Of a stretch of DNA of 64,000 nucleotides, positions 1 through 19,484 are shown in pieces. The number at the start of each line of letters is the position of its first letter. The stretch's first letter is position 1. A program made the translations under genes and the position numbers. The stretch lies in assembly GCF_009914755.1 (NCBI RefSeq), contig NC_060933.1, one strand, 5' to 3'. The DNA comes from the human T2T-CHM13v2.0 reference genome, Homo sapiens. A model generated the notes under the pieces. It saw nothing but the letters and a program-made list of their open reading frames with translations. It ran no database searches and was not told the DNA's origin.

Positions 1-3000
1 CATATGCTTGTTGGATGCGTGTCTTCCTTTGAAAAGTTTCTGTTCATGTTCTTTGCTCACTTGTTAATGGAGTTGTTTGTTTTTCTCTTGTAAATTTGTT
101 TAAGTTCCTTATAAATGCTGGATATTACACCTTTGTCGGATGCATAGTTTGCAAATATTTTCTCCCAATCTGTAGGTTGTCTGTTAACTCTGTCCATAGT
201 TTCTTTTGTTGTGCAGAAGCTCTTAAGTAAATTGGATCCCACTTGTCATTGTTTGCTTTCGTTGCAATTGCTTTTGGCGTCTTTGTCATGAAATCTTTGC
301 CTATTCCTATGTCCAGGATTGTATTGCCTAGTTTGTCTTCATGGGTTTTCATAGTTTTGGGTTTTACACTATGTCTTTAATCCATTTTGAGTTGATTTAT
401 GTATTTGGTGTAAGGAAGGGTGGTGTAAGGAAGAGTGGATGCTTCAGTTTTCTGCATATGGCTAGCCAGTTATCCCAGCACCATTTATCAAATAGGGAAT
501 TGTTTCCCCATTGCTTGCTTTTGTCAGCTTTGTTGAAGATCAGGTGGTCATAGGTGTGCAACCTTATTCTGGGCTCTTGATTCTGTTCTGTTGGTTTATT
601 TGCCTGTTTTTGTACCACTACCATGTTGTTTTTGTTACTGTAGCCCTGTAACATAGTTTGAAATTGGGTAACATAATGCCTCCAGCTTTTCTCCTCTTTA
701 CTTAGGATTGTCTTGGCTATTCAGGCCTTATTTTTTTGGTTCTATATTAATTTTAAAATAGTTTTCCTAGTTTTGTGAAGAATGTCATTGGTAGTTTGAT
801 ATGAATAGTATTGAATCTGTAAATTGCTTTGGGCATTATGACCATTTTAATTATGTTGATTCTTCCTATCCATGAGCCTGTGATATTTTTTCATTTGTTT
901 GTGTCATCTCTGATGTCTTTGAGCAGTGTTTTGTAATTCTCATTGTAGAGAATTCTACACCTCCCTGGTTAGCTGTTTATCAGCTAAAGGAGCTTTTGGG
1001 CTGAAGGTATGAGGCTTCTGGATATAACATCATGTCATCTGCAAACAGAGATAGTTTGACTTCTTCTTTTCCTATCTAGATGCTCTTTATTTCTTTCTCT
1101 TTCATGATTGCTCTGGCTAGGAATTTCACAACTATTTTGAATAGGAGTGGTGAGAGAGGGCAGACTTGTTTTGTGCCAGTTTTCAAGGGCAAAAAGCTTC
1201 CAGCTTTTGCCCATTCAAAGTGATATTGGCTGTGGATGTGTCATAGATGTCTCTTATTATTTTGAGGTATATTCCTTCAATACCTACTTTGTTGAGAGTT
1301 GTTAACATGAAAGGGGGTTAAATTTTATCAAGAGCTTTTTTTCTGCATTGATTGAGATAATCATGTGGTTTTTGTCTTCAGTTCTGTTTATGTGACGAAA
1401 TCACATTTATTGATTTGCATATGTAGAACCAACCTTGCATCCCAGGAATGAAGCCTATTTGATCATGGTGGATTAGCTTTTTGATGTGCTGCTGGATTTG
1501 GTTTGCAAGTATTTTGCTGAGGATTTTTGCATTGATGTTCATCAAGGATATTGGCCTGAAGTTTTCTTTTTGGTTGTTGTGGCTCTGCCAGGTTTTAGTA
1601 TCAGGATGATGGTGGCCTCATAGAATGTGCTAAAGAGGAGTCACTCCTTCTCAATTTTTCGGGGGGTGCTTTCCCTAGGAATGGTACCAGTTCTTTGTAC
1701 ATCTGGTAGAATTCAGCTATGAATCCATCAGGTCCTGGGCTTTTTTTGGTTGGTAGGCTATTTGTTACTGGTTCAATTTTGGAGCTTGTTGCTGGTCTGT
1801 TCAGGCAATCAATTTCTTCCTGGCTTAGTCTTGGGTGGGTGTATGTGTCCAGGAATTTATCCATCTTTTCAAGGTTTTCTAGTTTGTGTGCATTGAGGTG
1901 TTCATAGTAGTTTTTAGTGGTTATTTGATTATTTTTATTTTTGTGCAGTCAGTGTTAACATTTTCCTTTCTGTTTTTTTTTTTTTTTTTTTTTTTTTGAG
2001 ACAGAGTCTTGCTTTGTCATCCAGGCTGGCGTACAGTGGCACCATCTTGGCTCACTGCAGGCTCTGCCTCCTGGGTTCAAGCAATTCTTGTGCCTCCGCC
2101 TCCTGAGTAGTTGGGACTACAGTTGTGTGCCACCATGCCCAGCTAATTTTTGTATTTTTAGTAGAGAGGGTTTCACCACGTTTGTCAGGCTGCTCTCAAA
2201 CTCCTGGCCTCAAGTGATCTACCCGCTTCAGTCTCCCAAAGTGCTGGGATTACAGGTATGAGCCACCACACCGGGCCTCAAAATTTTAGTAGTGTTTATT
2301 TGGACCTTCTCTCTTTTTTTCTTTATTATTCTAGGTGTTGGCCTATCTTATTAATTTTTTCAAAAAAAATCCTGGATTCAACAATCTTTTGAATTATTTT
2401 TGTGTCTTTGATTTTCTTCCATTCAGCTCCAATTTTGGTTATGTCTTGTTTTCTGCTAGCTTTGGGGTTGATTTGTTATTGCTTCTGTAATTCTTTTAGT
2501 TGCGATATTACGTTGTTAATTTGAGATCTTTCTAACTTTTTGAGATTTTTCTAACTTTTTGATGTGGGCAGGTAGTGCTATGAATTTCCCTCTTATCATT
2601 GCCTTACCTGTGTCCCAGAGATTCTGGTATGTTGTATCTTTGTTCACATTATTTTCAAAGAACTTCTTGATTTCTGCCTTAATTTCATTATTTACCCAAA
2701 AGTCATTCAGGAACATGTTGTTTAATTTCCATGTAATTGTATGGTTTTGAGTGATTTTCTTAGTCTCAACTTTTATTTTTACTGCACTGTTGTCCAAGAG
2801 TGTGTTTGGTAAGAATTCGGTTCTTTTACATTTGCTAAGCGTTGTTTTATGTCCAATTATGTGGCTGATTTTAGAGTATGTGCCATGTGGTGATGAGAAG
2901 AATGTATATTCTGTTGTTTTTGAGTGGAGAGTTCTGTAGAAGTCAATCAGATACATTTGATCTAATGTTGAGTTCAGGTCCTGAATATGTTTTTTAATTT

Positions 3001-3218
3001 TCTGCCTTGGTGATCTGTCTAATAACTGTTAGTGGAGTGTTGAAATCTCCCACTGTTATTGTGTGAGACTCCGTGTCTCTTTGTAAGTCTCTAAGAACTT
3101 GCTTTATGAATCTGGGTGCTCCTGTATTGGGTGCACATATATTTAGGATAGTTAGATCTTCTTGTTGAATTGAACTCTTTACCATTATGTAATGCTCTCC
3201 TTTGTCTTTTTTGATCTT
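1..3218 (-). mobile_element. LINE-1 ORF2 fragment (endonuclease to C-terminal region), degenerate, interrupted by an Alu; runs off the window start
   Basis: Minus-strand ORFs match L1 ORF2p ([33 protein letters not shown]; [14 protein letters not shown]; IQQEDLTILNICAPNTGAPRFIKQVL); many stops and frameshifts. Confidence 0.95.
1973..2277 (-). mobile_element. Alu (AluS-type)
   Basis: PolyT 1973-1997 followed by reverse-complement Alu dimer. Confidence 0.95.
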
Positions 3219-3286
3219 GCACTTGGCTTCTTAAAAACATCCTTAATGGCAATATTCTTTGTCTCTTAAGTACACCACTATTCTTC

Positions 3287-3580
3287 TTTTTTTTTTTTCT
3301 TTTCCAGATAGAGTCTCACTCTGTCACCAGGCTGGAGTACAATGGCACTATCTCTACTCACTGCAACCTCCCCCTCCTGGTTCAAGCGATTCTCCTGCCT
3401 CAGTCTCCTGAGTAACTGGGACTACAGGCGTGTGCCACCATGCGCAGCTAATTTTTGTATTTTTAGTACAGATGAGGTTTCACCATGTTGGCCAAGATGG
3501 TCTCGATCTCTTGACCTCGTGATCCACCCACCTCAGCGTCCCAAAGTGTTGGGATTACAGGCATGACCCACCAAGTGCAT
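3287..3580 (-). mobile_element. Alu (AluSc-like)
   Basis: PolyT plus Alu dimer; 'tctcgatctcttgacctcgtgatcc'; TSD ctattctt. Confidence 0.9.
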
Positions 3581-3785
3581 CTCTATTCTTATGAGACAAT
3601 TGTGCCACCATTGATAGTACACCAAACCTCCTCGATTGTTGCATTTACCACCTTGACTCTTCCTGAATTGCACAATGATGATAAACAATGGCTGAACTTT
3701 TTTCTTTTGAGGACTTTGGAGTGCAACAACTATATTTATTCTACGAGAAAGAAATTCATTCTTTCTCTTGAACAAGAGGAGGGAC

Positions 3786-4541
3786 TGTGAACTTCCCTGA
3801 AGCAAAAAGGATTTGCCTAAACACTGTGCTAAGAGACTTGACCTAACATTAGCCTGGCTTCCACTTGGAGTAGTTAACCCCAGGCCCTGCGCTGAGTCTT
3901 TGCTCAAGAAAATACAATGCTGCCAAACTACATAATGTATATTGTCGTAACTGATGGTGTCAAATCATTTCCAGTAATTCTCTACTTACCCCCCGCTTTT
4001 TTTTTTTTTTTGAGACGGAGTCTCCCTCTCTCCCCCAGGCTGGAGTGCAGTGGCGTGATCTCAGCTCACTGCAAGCTCCCCCTCCCAGGTTCACGCCATT
4101 CTCCTGCCTCAGCCTCCTGAGTAGCTGGGAGTACAGGAGCCCGCCACCATGTCCAGCCAACTTTTTGTGTGTTTTTAGTAGAAACGGGGTTTCACCGTGT
4201 TAGCCAGGATGGTCTCGATCTCCTGACCTCGTGATCTGCCCGCCTCGGCCTCCCAAAGTGCTGGGACTACAGGCGTGAGCCACCGCGCCAGACTCTTACC
4301 CCCTTTTATAATTTGCATTTTCACGTAGTCCTCAGTCCCTTTTTTAATTCCCCTCTTTTTACTTTTCCATAGTTTCTTTTTATTTCCCATTTGTTCTATT
4401 TTTAAAAACATCAGCCTCCTTTGTCTTACTTGGAGTTGAGCTTAGTTTATACTGAAGTCTCTCCCTCCTGCTGAAATAGTCTGAGTAAAATAGGTCTCAT
4501 TGCCTTTAGCAAGTATCCAGCACTGCTGTTTTTCTTTGACA
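3786..4541 (+). mobile_element. Old ERV1-class solo LTR (MER31/MER34/MER67-like), interrupted by AluY
   Basis: 3' end 'ttggagttgagctt...ctgaaatagtctgagtaaaa...tttttctttgaca' resembles this LTR group; 5' boundary uncertain. Confidence 0.5.
3997..4293 (-). mobile_element. AluY
   Basis: Diagnostic 'gcaagctcc', 'ttcacgccattc', 'ccgtgttagccaggatggtctcgatctcc'; TSD cttaccccc. Confidence 0.95.
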
Positions 4542-5714
4542 ATTTCTAGGGTTGCCTTAGATGAAGTGGGGTGAAAGGGCATTAGAAGGCACAGGCCAAA
4601 AGATCAGAACTCTGGACTCTCAGTCCCAAATTCTACTAGCAGAACTCCTTTTTCATATTCTTCATACACTGGGGGCTTTGCTGAGAGTTTGCTGGACTGA
4701 ATATAGGAAGAACAACAGACTTCTGAAGTTAGTCACATCTGTCCTTGATTCAATTATACAAACATGAGGATTCTCAAAGTTATGATTTTTTTCCTAGAAA
4801 TACTTTATTTTCAGGAAATATTTATTTAGCGTTGATGACTTGAGTATTAATCTCAAGGCAAGGAAATGAGGGAAATGACCTCCTGATGTCTTTCCCATGA
4901 ATCTGTATCTCGGTGGTCAGCTTCTTCCCAAGTTATTTTTCTTGTGGCATCTCAGTGATTTTATTAGTTTCACCACAAGTACTCCCAGCAAGGGAAATCA
5001 GTGATCCCAAAGGCACCAGGCTGGAGTTTTCCCGCATAAAGATCACTCTTCGAAGCAGCTCCTTCCTAGAAATTTGTTATGTTTACCTTTGCCAATCATC
5101 TATGATTAGTGTAGTAATTATTCTGTTTTTGCTATCTTTTATTTTTGATACTCACTGAAGGCTTCACTTATCAACGATTAAGGCATGTGCTTCTGCTTTG
5201 ATTCAGTGTCTTCTTAGTATGAGCATGGTGGTATAATTCTCTTGAATCAGTGCTGGGATTTATTTGATTATGAAAATTTATTTTCATTCAGGTATTTTAA
5301 ATGCACTTTTAATATTAAGTACATTTAATATTACATGTAATATTAACTTGAAGTGTAACTAATATGAACAAATTCCAAAGTACATGAAAATAACTTTTAA
5401 TCCTGTAAGTATGACTATTTAATTTATTTCTTTTCACAATATAAAAAGCACATGCGATATTTTGAAAGACTATTAAAGGTGGGGACAAGAGGTTATTTAA
5501 ATCTATGTTTGGATGCAACTTTTATGGCTTAAACTACAAAGAATTATCCTTTTTATATATTAAATGATTGTATAGTTCTTTTAATACTGTTTTTTGATAC
5601 AAGTGTGAAATTCTTAAAGAAAATGGCAAACATCACTAACAACCATTACAATTCTAATAGCTAACTTTTCTGAGCCATTACTTGGAACCATGCACTGTTT
5701 AAAATGCCTCACTT

Positions 5715-6056
<342 letters not shown>

Positions 6057-6376
6057 TTAATTGTATTATCCCTACATTACAGATGACAGGTGACAAAAAT
6101 ATGCAGAGAGGGGTTAAACTGCATAACATTACTCAGAGAATGCATTCTTTTTATTCCATAGGTTTTTTGTATTACAGTACTACATTCACAGAGGCCTTCC
6201 ATTGGAAATAACTTATAGGAATTATTGTAGGTCTCTTTGCACTTTCTTCAGCTCTTGGTTTAGGTCTCAAATTGTGAGTGATTTCTCTCTTTAGTGAAGT
6301 TGTAATGCAATTCATTACCATAGCAGAAAGCACAGAAAATATTACCTATTTATTAACTGGAAATGCACTCACATGT

Positions 6377-8948
<2,572 letters not shown>

Positions 8949-9585
8949 ATTACACATTAATCTTAAATTACACATTAATAAGTGTGTAATGAAACATCCC
9001 CTTTTTTTATTTGAGTTCATTTCAATAGATATGGAAATAATAGAAAATGCATCTGACATCAAATTCCTGGGAAGTACAGGTAAAAAAAAAATACCAGATG
9101 TTTAAAGGTATTTGAATAAGTAAATGTTGCAGTCTGTACTTTATCAGTTAGCTATGATACAAAAAACAATGCATGGCAGTTGCTTGTCAATTTTGTGATT
9201 TATTCAGAAACTTACATCTCTGCATGCACTTACAGTTTTATACGGCAGTGCAAAATGTCAAAAGCACTGATGTTGCTCAAAGGAAATGTTAAGGAACTAA
9301 CTAAGGCTCACTCCAAATTCCTTCACAAACCCGTCCAATCCTGTGAGTGTCGAGGGGCCTTCACATCACAGCCTGCATCCTGACAGGCCCTGTGAGACCC
9401 ATCCCGCTTCATGGAACGTGAGTCAGCAGCTCAGAGAAGGACAAGGACATCTACATAACTGGCTCGAAATATTCAACTTTTCAAAATTTTATATTTTCAT
9501 ACATATAAATATATATTCTTAAAATGCATTTTTGTTTTTCTATCCGAACAGAAGTGCAATAATTCTTTAAAAATATTCCTAAACA

Positions 9586-9922
<337 letters not shown>

Positions 9923-10060
9923 TTACGAACAATGAATTTAATCTTTAGTTTCTTCTGCTTTATACTATATGTGAATTTGGTCTAGAAAATACAACATAAA
10001 AGGAAATAAGTAAAAACCAAACGTTGAGCATTACTAAGGTAAAAATGTTGAATGGAATAC

Positions 10061-10389
10061 TTTATTATGTATTTATGTATTTATTTGTTTGTTTATTGAG
10101 ACATGGTTTTACCCTGTTTCCCAGGCTGGAGTGCAGTGGCATGACCATGGCTCACTACAGTCTTGAACTTTCATGCTCAAGCTATCCTCTGACCTTAGCC
10201 TCCTGAGTAGCTGGAACTACAGGTGCATGCCACCATGCCTGGCTAATTAATAATAATTTTTTTTTTTTTTGTAGAAACAGGCTCTCGCTATATAGCCAGG
10301 GCTGGTCTCAAACTCCTGGGCTTAAGGGAGCCTCCTATCTTCATCTCCCAAATTACTGGGGTTATAGATGTGAGTCATCAGGTGTCGCC
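10061..10389 (-). mobile_element. AluJ-type (old)
   Basis: Diverged dimer, 'ctcaagctatcctc', decayed (TTTA/TTTG) tail. Confidence 0.85.
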
Positions 10390-10872
10390 TGAATGATATA
10401 TTTTAATGATGTACCTAGCACATGAGTTTCAAAGTTTTCACTCTCCAAGAATTTTCATAAGGTCAGTTTAATTATTAATAGCATGTTTTACAGTTATAGA
10501 ATTAATGCATAAATACAGTAAAACAAAATGTGAAACTATAGAATTGTATGAAATAAAAAATAAGAATATTTCTTCTATCTCTGTACATTTTCCATCTTTA
10601 CCATGTTCAACATATCTTTATTACTATTATGAAAAATTTAAAGAATATACAAAAGGAAATAAATAGCATAATGAATGAATAGTATAATTAACTCATTGAC
10701 CTAATACCCAGCTTCAGTTTTAGACAGTCCTGATTCCTCTGATCCCACTTCCCTGACATAGATTAATTGAAGAGCATTTCTGGCATCCTGTCATTTCATC
10801 CATGAATATTTGGAGGTATCCACCTCCAAAGGGTAAGGATCCCCTTTTTAAAATAATACATCTAAAAATTAG

Positions 10873-11246
<374 letters not shown>

Positions 11247-11929
11247 AGTCCTACATATTTTTTCACACCATTTTTCTTTTTTTAAAAGAGCAGAATCCTT
11301 GTACGGATATTACGATGGATTGCAGAGTCTCTAAAGCATTCTTCATTCTTATTCTTCCCCTTCCATCTTTTTTTTCCATGCAATTCGTTAAAGAAACTAG
11401 GACAGAGTCCACAGTGTAGATTTTTATGATTGTGTCATCACTGTGGTATCATTTAACACGCTACTCTGACCTCAGTATTTTCTGTGAAACCCACATGTCA
11501 GGGGTGTTGGGCAGATTTGTTTGCTTCTGGGTTTGTGTTTCCAACACTCAGACTCAGGACCTGGTAACAATCCCCTATAGCAGTTCGTAACTATTTGCTT
11601 GATTTTGACTGAACACCAGAGGGCAGTGCAGGTGGACACCAAGAGCATTGCTGTCAACACACAGAGGCCTGTGGGCACAGGGGTCCTGCACTGCGAGGCC
11701 AAAGCTCCCTTCTCTGCTCCTAAGCAATCCCTTTCCCTCCTCTGAAGGACAGCCACGTACTCTAGGTCCTAACCTCTGGAGTGCACTAATGACCAAGAGG
11801 TGCATGAGCACCAAATGTGAGAGGACAGGAGTCTGGAAACCTAGCACAGGAGTCTTCTCAGAACCTTAGGACATTCCTACTGTTGTGAGGGTAGGAGAAG
11901 AATGCCTAGCTAAGGAAACAAGTGTTTAG

Positions 11930-12420
11930 TGTCCAATGTGAGTAACTGCCATGGGGAAGAATAAAGCAGGGAAGGGCAAGAAGATGCCCAGGGTGGACAA
12001 AGAAGCTCTCATTGATAAAGAGACATTAGAACACACATCTGAAGGTGGCGAGATAGTCAGCCTTTCAGATATCTGGAGCAAGCTTGTTGCACTAACAGGA
12101 AAAAGCAGGTGCAAAGGCCCTGGGGCAGGAACGTGCTAGTTGTGTTTGAGGGGGGCAGCAAGCTGTTGTAACTGGAACAGAGAGAGAAGGGGGAAGATGG
12201 TAGTGAATGAAATCTGAAAAGGAACAGATTATGTACGATTTTTAGGCCATTATAAGGACTTTGGCTTTTACTCCTGTGAATCAGAAAGCTACGTGACTGG
12301 GGTGGGGTAGTGCTTTACTAAGAGGAGTGGCGCTCTCTGATAATTTTTAAAGGCTCACTCTGGTTGCTAAGTTACAAATACATAGAATGTGTCAGCTGGG
12401 AGATCAATGGGGAGGCGATT
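11930..12420 (-). mobile_element. L2 fragment
   Basis: 'gcaaaggccctggggcaggaacgtgc' and 'aaggactttggcttttactc' are typical antisense L2 motifs. Confidence 0.7.
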
Positions 12421-12695
12421 GCAATCATCTGGGGTGGCTGCTACAATCTATGTTAGAAACTTGCATGTTTCATGCCTTTTATTTTAGGCAAGTTCATCAG
12501 CATTTGCTTTTCAGATACTTAATGAATCCTTCAGTCTATTCAGAGAATAAGGCATGTGTTGAAATGATCAGTACACAGTATTAGAAAATGGAAAGTCATG
12601 AATATAATAACAGAGACGCCTTTAGGGGCAACGTGAGGTCAAGAGAGGAAGGGACTGCAGCCAGCTTGGCAGGTGAGCCTGGCATAGGACAGGCC

Positions 12696-12767
12696 TTCCT
12701 TGAGATGGTCACAAATACAGTTTTATCAGTTTTCCTTGTGATGGTCACAAATACAGTCTTATCAGTT
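12696..12767. repeat. 36-bp tandem duplication (2 copies, 2 mismatches)
   Basis: ttccttg(a/t)gatggtcacaaatacagt(t/c)ttatcagtt at 12696 and 12732. Confidence 0.95.
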
Positions 12768-13039
12768 TTCACAAATAAAACCTTACAAATGTTCACTAAT
12801 AAAATGCTACAACATATCCTATACCATATGCCAATTTAAGATAGGTTTTACTCCAATGAGTTAGGTTATCTGTAAATAACACATGGTCAAATCCCATATG
12901 TCTGTGTAGCAAATACTTTCTCAGTGTCCTGTTGTTTTTAATCCAGCATGTTCCACCAGCCTGGCCTAGGCTAGGGCTGGCACCTAGATAGTCATTAGGG
13001 TAAGTGTGTGTTTGTTTTGGGTTGTGGATTTCTTTTGGG

Positions 13040-13072
13040 GTGTGTGTGTGTGTGTGTGTGTGTCTGTGTGTG
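13040..13072. repeat. (TG)n microsatellite
   Basis: Direct reading; one interruption. Confidence 0.97.
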
Positions 13073-14980
13073 TAAGACTCATTGGCTCTACTCCAGGCCC
13101 CCTCTATCAAAATTTCTGGAGGTGGGAATCAAGTGTGATACTGATTTGGAAACCACCAATTCAGCTCACAGTTTTCTAGTCCAGTCTGTAACAGCTGCCT
13201 TCATGACAAACTGAATGCTGAAAGCTGTGGAAGGTGCCGGTAAACAAAAATAGAGGTGGAGGGAAAGCCATTTCAGACAAAGGGGATAGAGCACTAAACA
13301 ACATAGGAGTCAGACCGGATTGGTTTTGCAGTGACTTCTGATGGTCTTTGTAAGTGTTCCATAACTGGATTTGCCTGGAATGTGGGGTTCAGGGTCCTTG
13401 GAAGAGAGTAGGTAGAAATAAGGTTTTGGAGCGTGTGAAATTAGATTGTGGAGGGCCTCACATGTTGAGCAAAGGACACTAAAGTTTATTTTCTAGGTAA
13501 TAGGGAGCCAACCAAAATTTTTAAAATGAATGATGACACCAGAGAACTATGGTTCAAGAACTCCACACGTCTGACAGTCGTGTGTAATAATAACTGTTGT
13601 GTTATGAGTCCAGAGATGAGAAAGCTTTCTGCATTCATTCAGGAGAGAGGGGGTTGGGTGCTTAAATAGGAATAGGCCACTGGGATGTGTAGGTTGGAAT
13701 GAATGTGAGAGACAGAAGACGTGAACAGCAGAAGAGAAAGGACAAGGTCAAACGTGGCACTGGGGTTTTAAATACAGGAAATTGGGAGGATGAACCAGCA
13801 GACTTAGCAAGATACAGAAGAAAAAAGAGATTTAGGAAAAACGTAGTATGGGTCAGCCAGATTTGGGGATGCCGATGCCATAACCAACTATAACCAATGG
13901 AAGATGATTTAACACAGTTGTAAGTATCTTGAAGCCAATGGTCTGTTTAGATGGGAAACAGTCTTTCATTTTCAAATTTAAAACTTTATTCTTAAAATGT
14001 GTACATTTAATCCAGAATAATCTATGGATATGTATTGAATAAATGCGTTCATTTTTAAATTTATATTTGATTTGTAGTGTCCCATTTCACTATAGTTTTC
14101 TGAAGAAATCTCAGTTCTTTATGCAAACTGTATCATAATAGTCAAGAATTTAAGATTACTTTCGTGTTCAAGGTCCTATCTCCAATTATCCTCTTGTTTA
14201 ACGTGATTGCCTTTTGACCTACTTTCCATCTTAACATTAACATTATATTTTTTAATTATCCTGAATCAAATTTCGATTTAAGAAACTCCAAAAATAACAA
14301 AAATTGGAAACAGCCTATAACATTTTAGGAAATCAAGAAATATATTTAATTGTAACACCCACTTTCATATTCCACAAGAGAAAAATAAAGCAAAGCCTGA
14401 TCAAGACGTGCCTTTAACACAACTCAATCACCTTTGAGCCTTCATTCTTTACCAGTCTCTCTATTCTCTGTGCCTATTTTCTACTCTCCCTGAGCAGAAA
14501 TTTAAGTGTCACATTTTGCCAAGGCCTCCATTACATGAGTAATGAGTGCTTACATATATTGATATCCCCTGATTTTCTGTTGGTGAAGTTTCCAGGAACA
14601 TTCATTCTCTTGGGAGGAGTAGAGACTCAGGTAAAAGTCATGTCTCTTCATCTTCCATCCTTCAGAGATTACTGGTGGCCAGAACACCTATGTGGGAGAG
14701 TGGGTATGGGAAGTGGGGTGTGTGGATAAAGAAACTCTGTTCGGGAGAGGCTCCCAGGGATCTGTGAGTCAGAGGAGTCACCTATCTTTAGGGTTGCACA
14801 AATCTAGCACCTTCTATGAAAACTGCATTCACCCAGAATGTGAAAAGAAAAAAGGGATGGCTGAGAACTTCTAAAATTCAGCAACAGACACCTGCCCACA
14901 AATCAAAGAACCTCAGAGAACACCAGATGCTACTATCCTGTCATAAATTAGGTAGTTATTTTATTAAAATAAAAAGATAG

Positions 14981-16600
<1,620 letters not shown>

Positions 16601-17791
16601 TTTTTGCATATATGTATATGTCGGTGTATTTTAGTGATGTAAAATGAATGGAATCTATAGCCTTAAACATAATTTAAATATATAATGGTTAAGATTTCCC
16701 ACTCAACAATCCAGGCTTGACAGAAAATCATAAAATGTATTTAAATTTAAATGTTTTTTTCTTTGTTGATACTAGTTCTTAGTTTTAACATGCCGAAGAG
16801 GGTATATTTGATCAAGGACAAGATTAAATGTTCTGACTGGCTAACTATCAAACCGCTGCCTCCACTTTTTTTTGCAACTTGAAAATATTTAGTTATCATG
16901 CTAGCACAGCCATATTAATATATACCCCTTCAAAACTTTAAATATAAGGCTTTAACAGTTTCAGGAAAAAGAAATATTAATGATGCTGAGATTGGTGGCC
17001 ATGGATTCTGTGTAGTGAGACACTAAAAAGTAATTTTTCAAACAGGAAAGTTAAAGCACTTTAAAATCACAAAGCTATTGGTAATTAAAAAAAGAATTAG
17101 TATCAACTTCTGAAATACAAGATTAGAGGGACACCTAAAATTCTGAAAGACTTTAGAGAATTTTTTTAAAAAGTAATTGCAATTTAGATCAAAGTTCCCC
17201 ACTTTTCATTCCAAGTGTGACACAGGTTTAAATAATAAACAGACAAAAAGTTTAGATAAATTCATGAATTATTGAACCAGACGATAAAAAATAGGGAAGC
17301 TATTTAGGGCATAGTCTCTAGTGTGTAAGGGTGACATCCTAAATAATAAATTTATGCTATTGTTGACAATATTGCTAACAAGGCAAAATGGTCAATGTGC
17401 TTGACATATTGCCTGGTTTTTCATGTTCTATTGCATGAGCTGATTCTCTCTCTCTTTTTCATTTATATTTTTGAACTCTGTCATTATGTTATCATGGACA
17501 TTATGTCAACAATTGGATGCATCTATGTAATATGCTTTAAATCTCTGGGAATAAATTTACTGAGTGCTATTTATGTGAACAAACTTCTCTTAAGCACAAA
17601 TGGAAATCCACAAAGACAGCCTCTTCTATTTGTTTTATATGAGGCAACGGATACACTGTAGACAAAAAAACCAAGTATAATTAACTTATATTGGTAACTA
17701 ACTTAATATCTGCATATTACATATTTTTCTATTATGTTTTCTGAGCAACTTCGTGGCTTCTGATTTGGAGGGGTAGGATTTCATAGTTAAT

Positions 17792-18144
<353 letters not shown>

Positions 18145-18421
18145 TGAAAGGAACATCACTCCCCACACTGCAACTGAACAAAAGAGTGATAATGTTAATT
18201 TCTTTATTCTTGAGCTTTTCTTGAATAAAAGAGGGTCGTAGGACATGGAACAAAATAGACTAGAAAATAGGGTTGATAAGGTACTGATTCTGCCAACACT
18301 GCTTAATGCTCTCCCCAAGCAATTGTCTTTTAGATATGTTGATTTCCCAGTGTGAATGGTATTTTTTAAATATGTCAAGCAATTAAGAATATAAGTCTGT
18401 TCTCATCTCAGCCAAACGTAG

Positions 18422-18990
<569 letters not shown>

Positions 18991-19405
18991 ATCACCTCTT
19001 GTAAAGTGCAGTATAGAAACAGTGGGCAATAGACAGGCAGGGGATAGAGGAAAATGTTTTGGGAGTGGGACAATATGAACTTATTGTCATGACAGGACCA
19101 AAAAGGGAAGATGTCTGCCTATCATAATTAATAATAACTCTATCAGTCAACATTTATGTTTTACAATTGTTCTGTAAAAGAAAAGCCAGCAAACATTACA
19201 GATTCTAGTCCCTAATAACTGATCAAGAAAGACACTCTAAGCTTGTGCATCAGCATTCTCTTTTTATCTAAAAGAAAATATATTAAATAAAGGGAGGAAT
19301 GGCAGGAGTAAAGAGACTTGAAGGAAAAGAAAATATTGACTTTTTAATGATATTTTACAATGCTAAGATCTTTAGAAACCAACTATTCCATATGTCTTTT
19401 AAATA

Positions 19406-19484
19406 TTAGTTTGGTGCAAAGGTAATTACAGTTTTTGTCATATAAGTAATGGCAAAAGCCACAATTACTCTTGCACCGACCTAA
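19406..19484. mobile_element. MADE1 (Hsmar1-derived MITE)
   Basis: ~80-bp palindrome ttagtttggtgcaaaggtaatt...aattactcttgcaccgacctaa. Confidence 0.92.

Noticed and set aside
4879-5065. Possible minus-strand exon (KELLRRVIFMRENSS...)
   Set aside because: Weak donor (gtcatt), in-frame stop, no recognised homology
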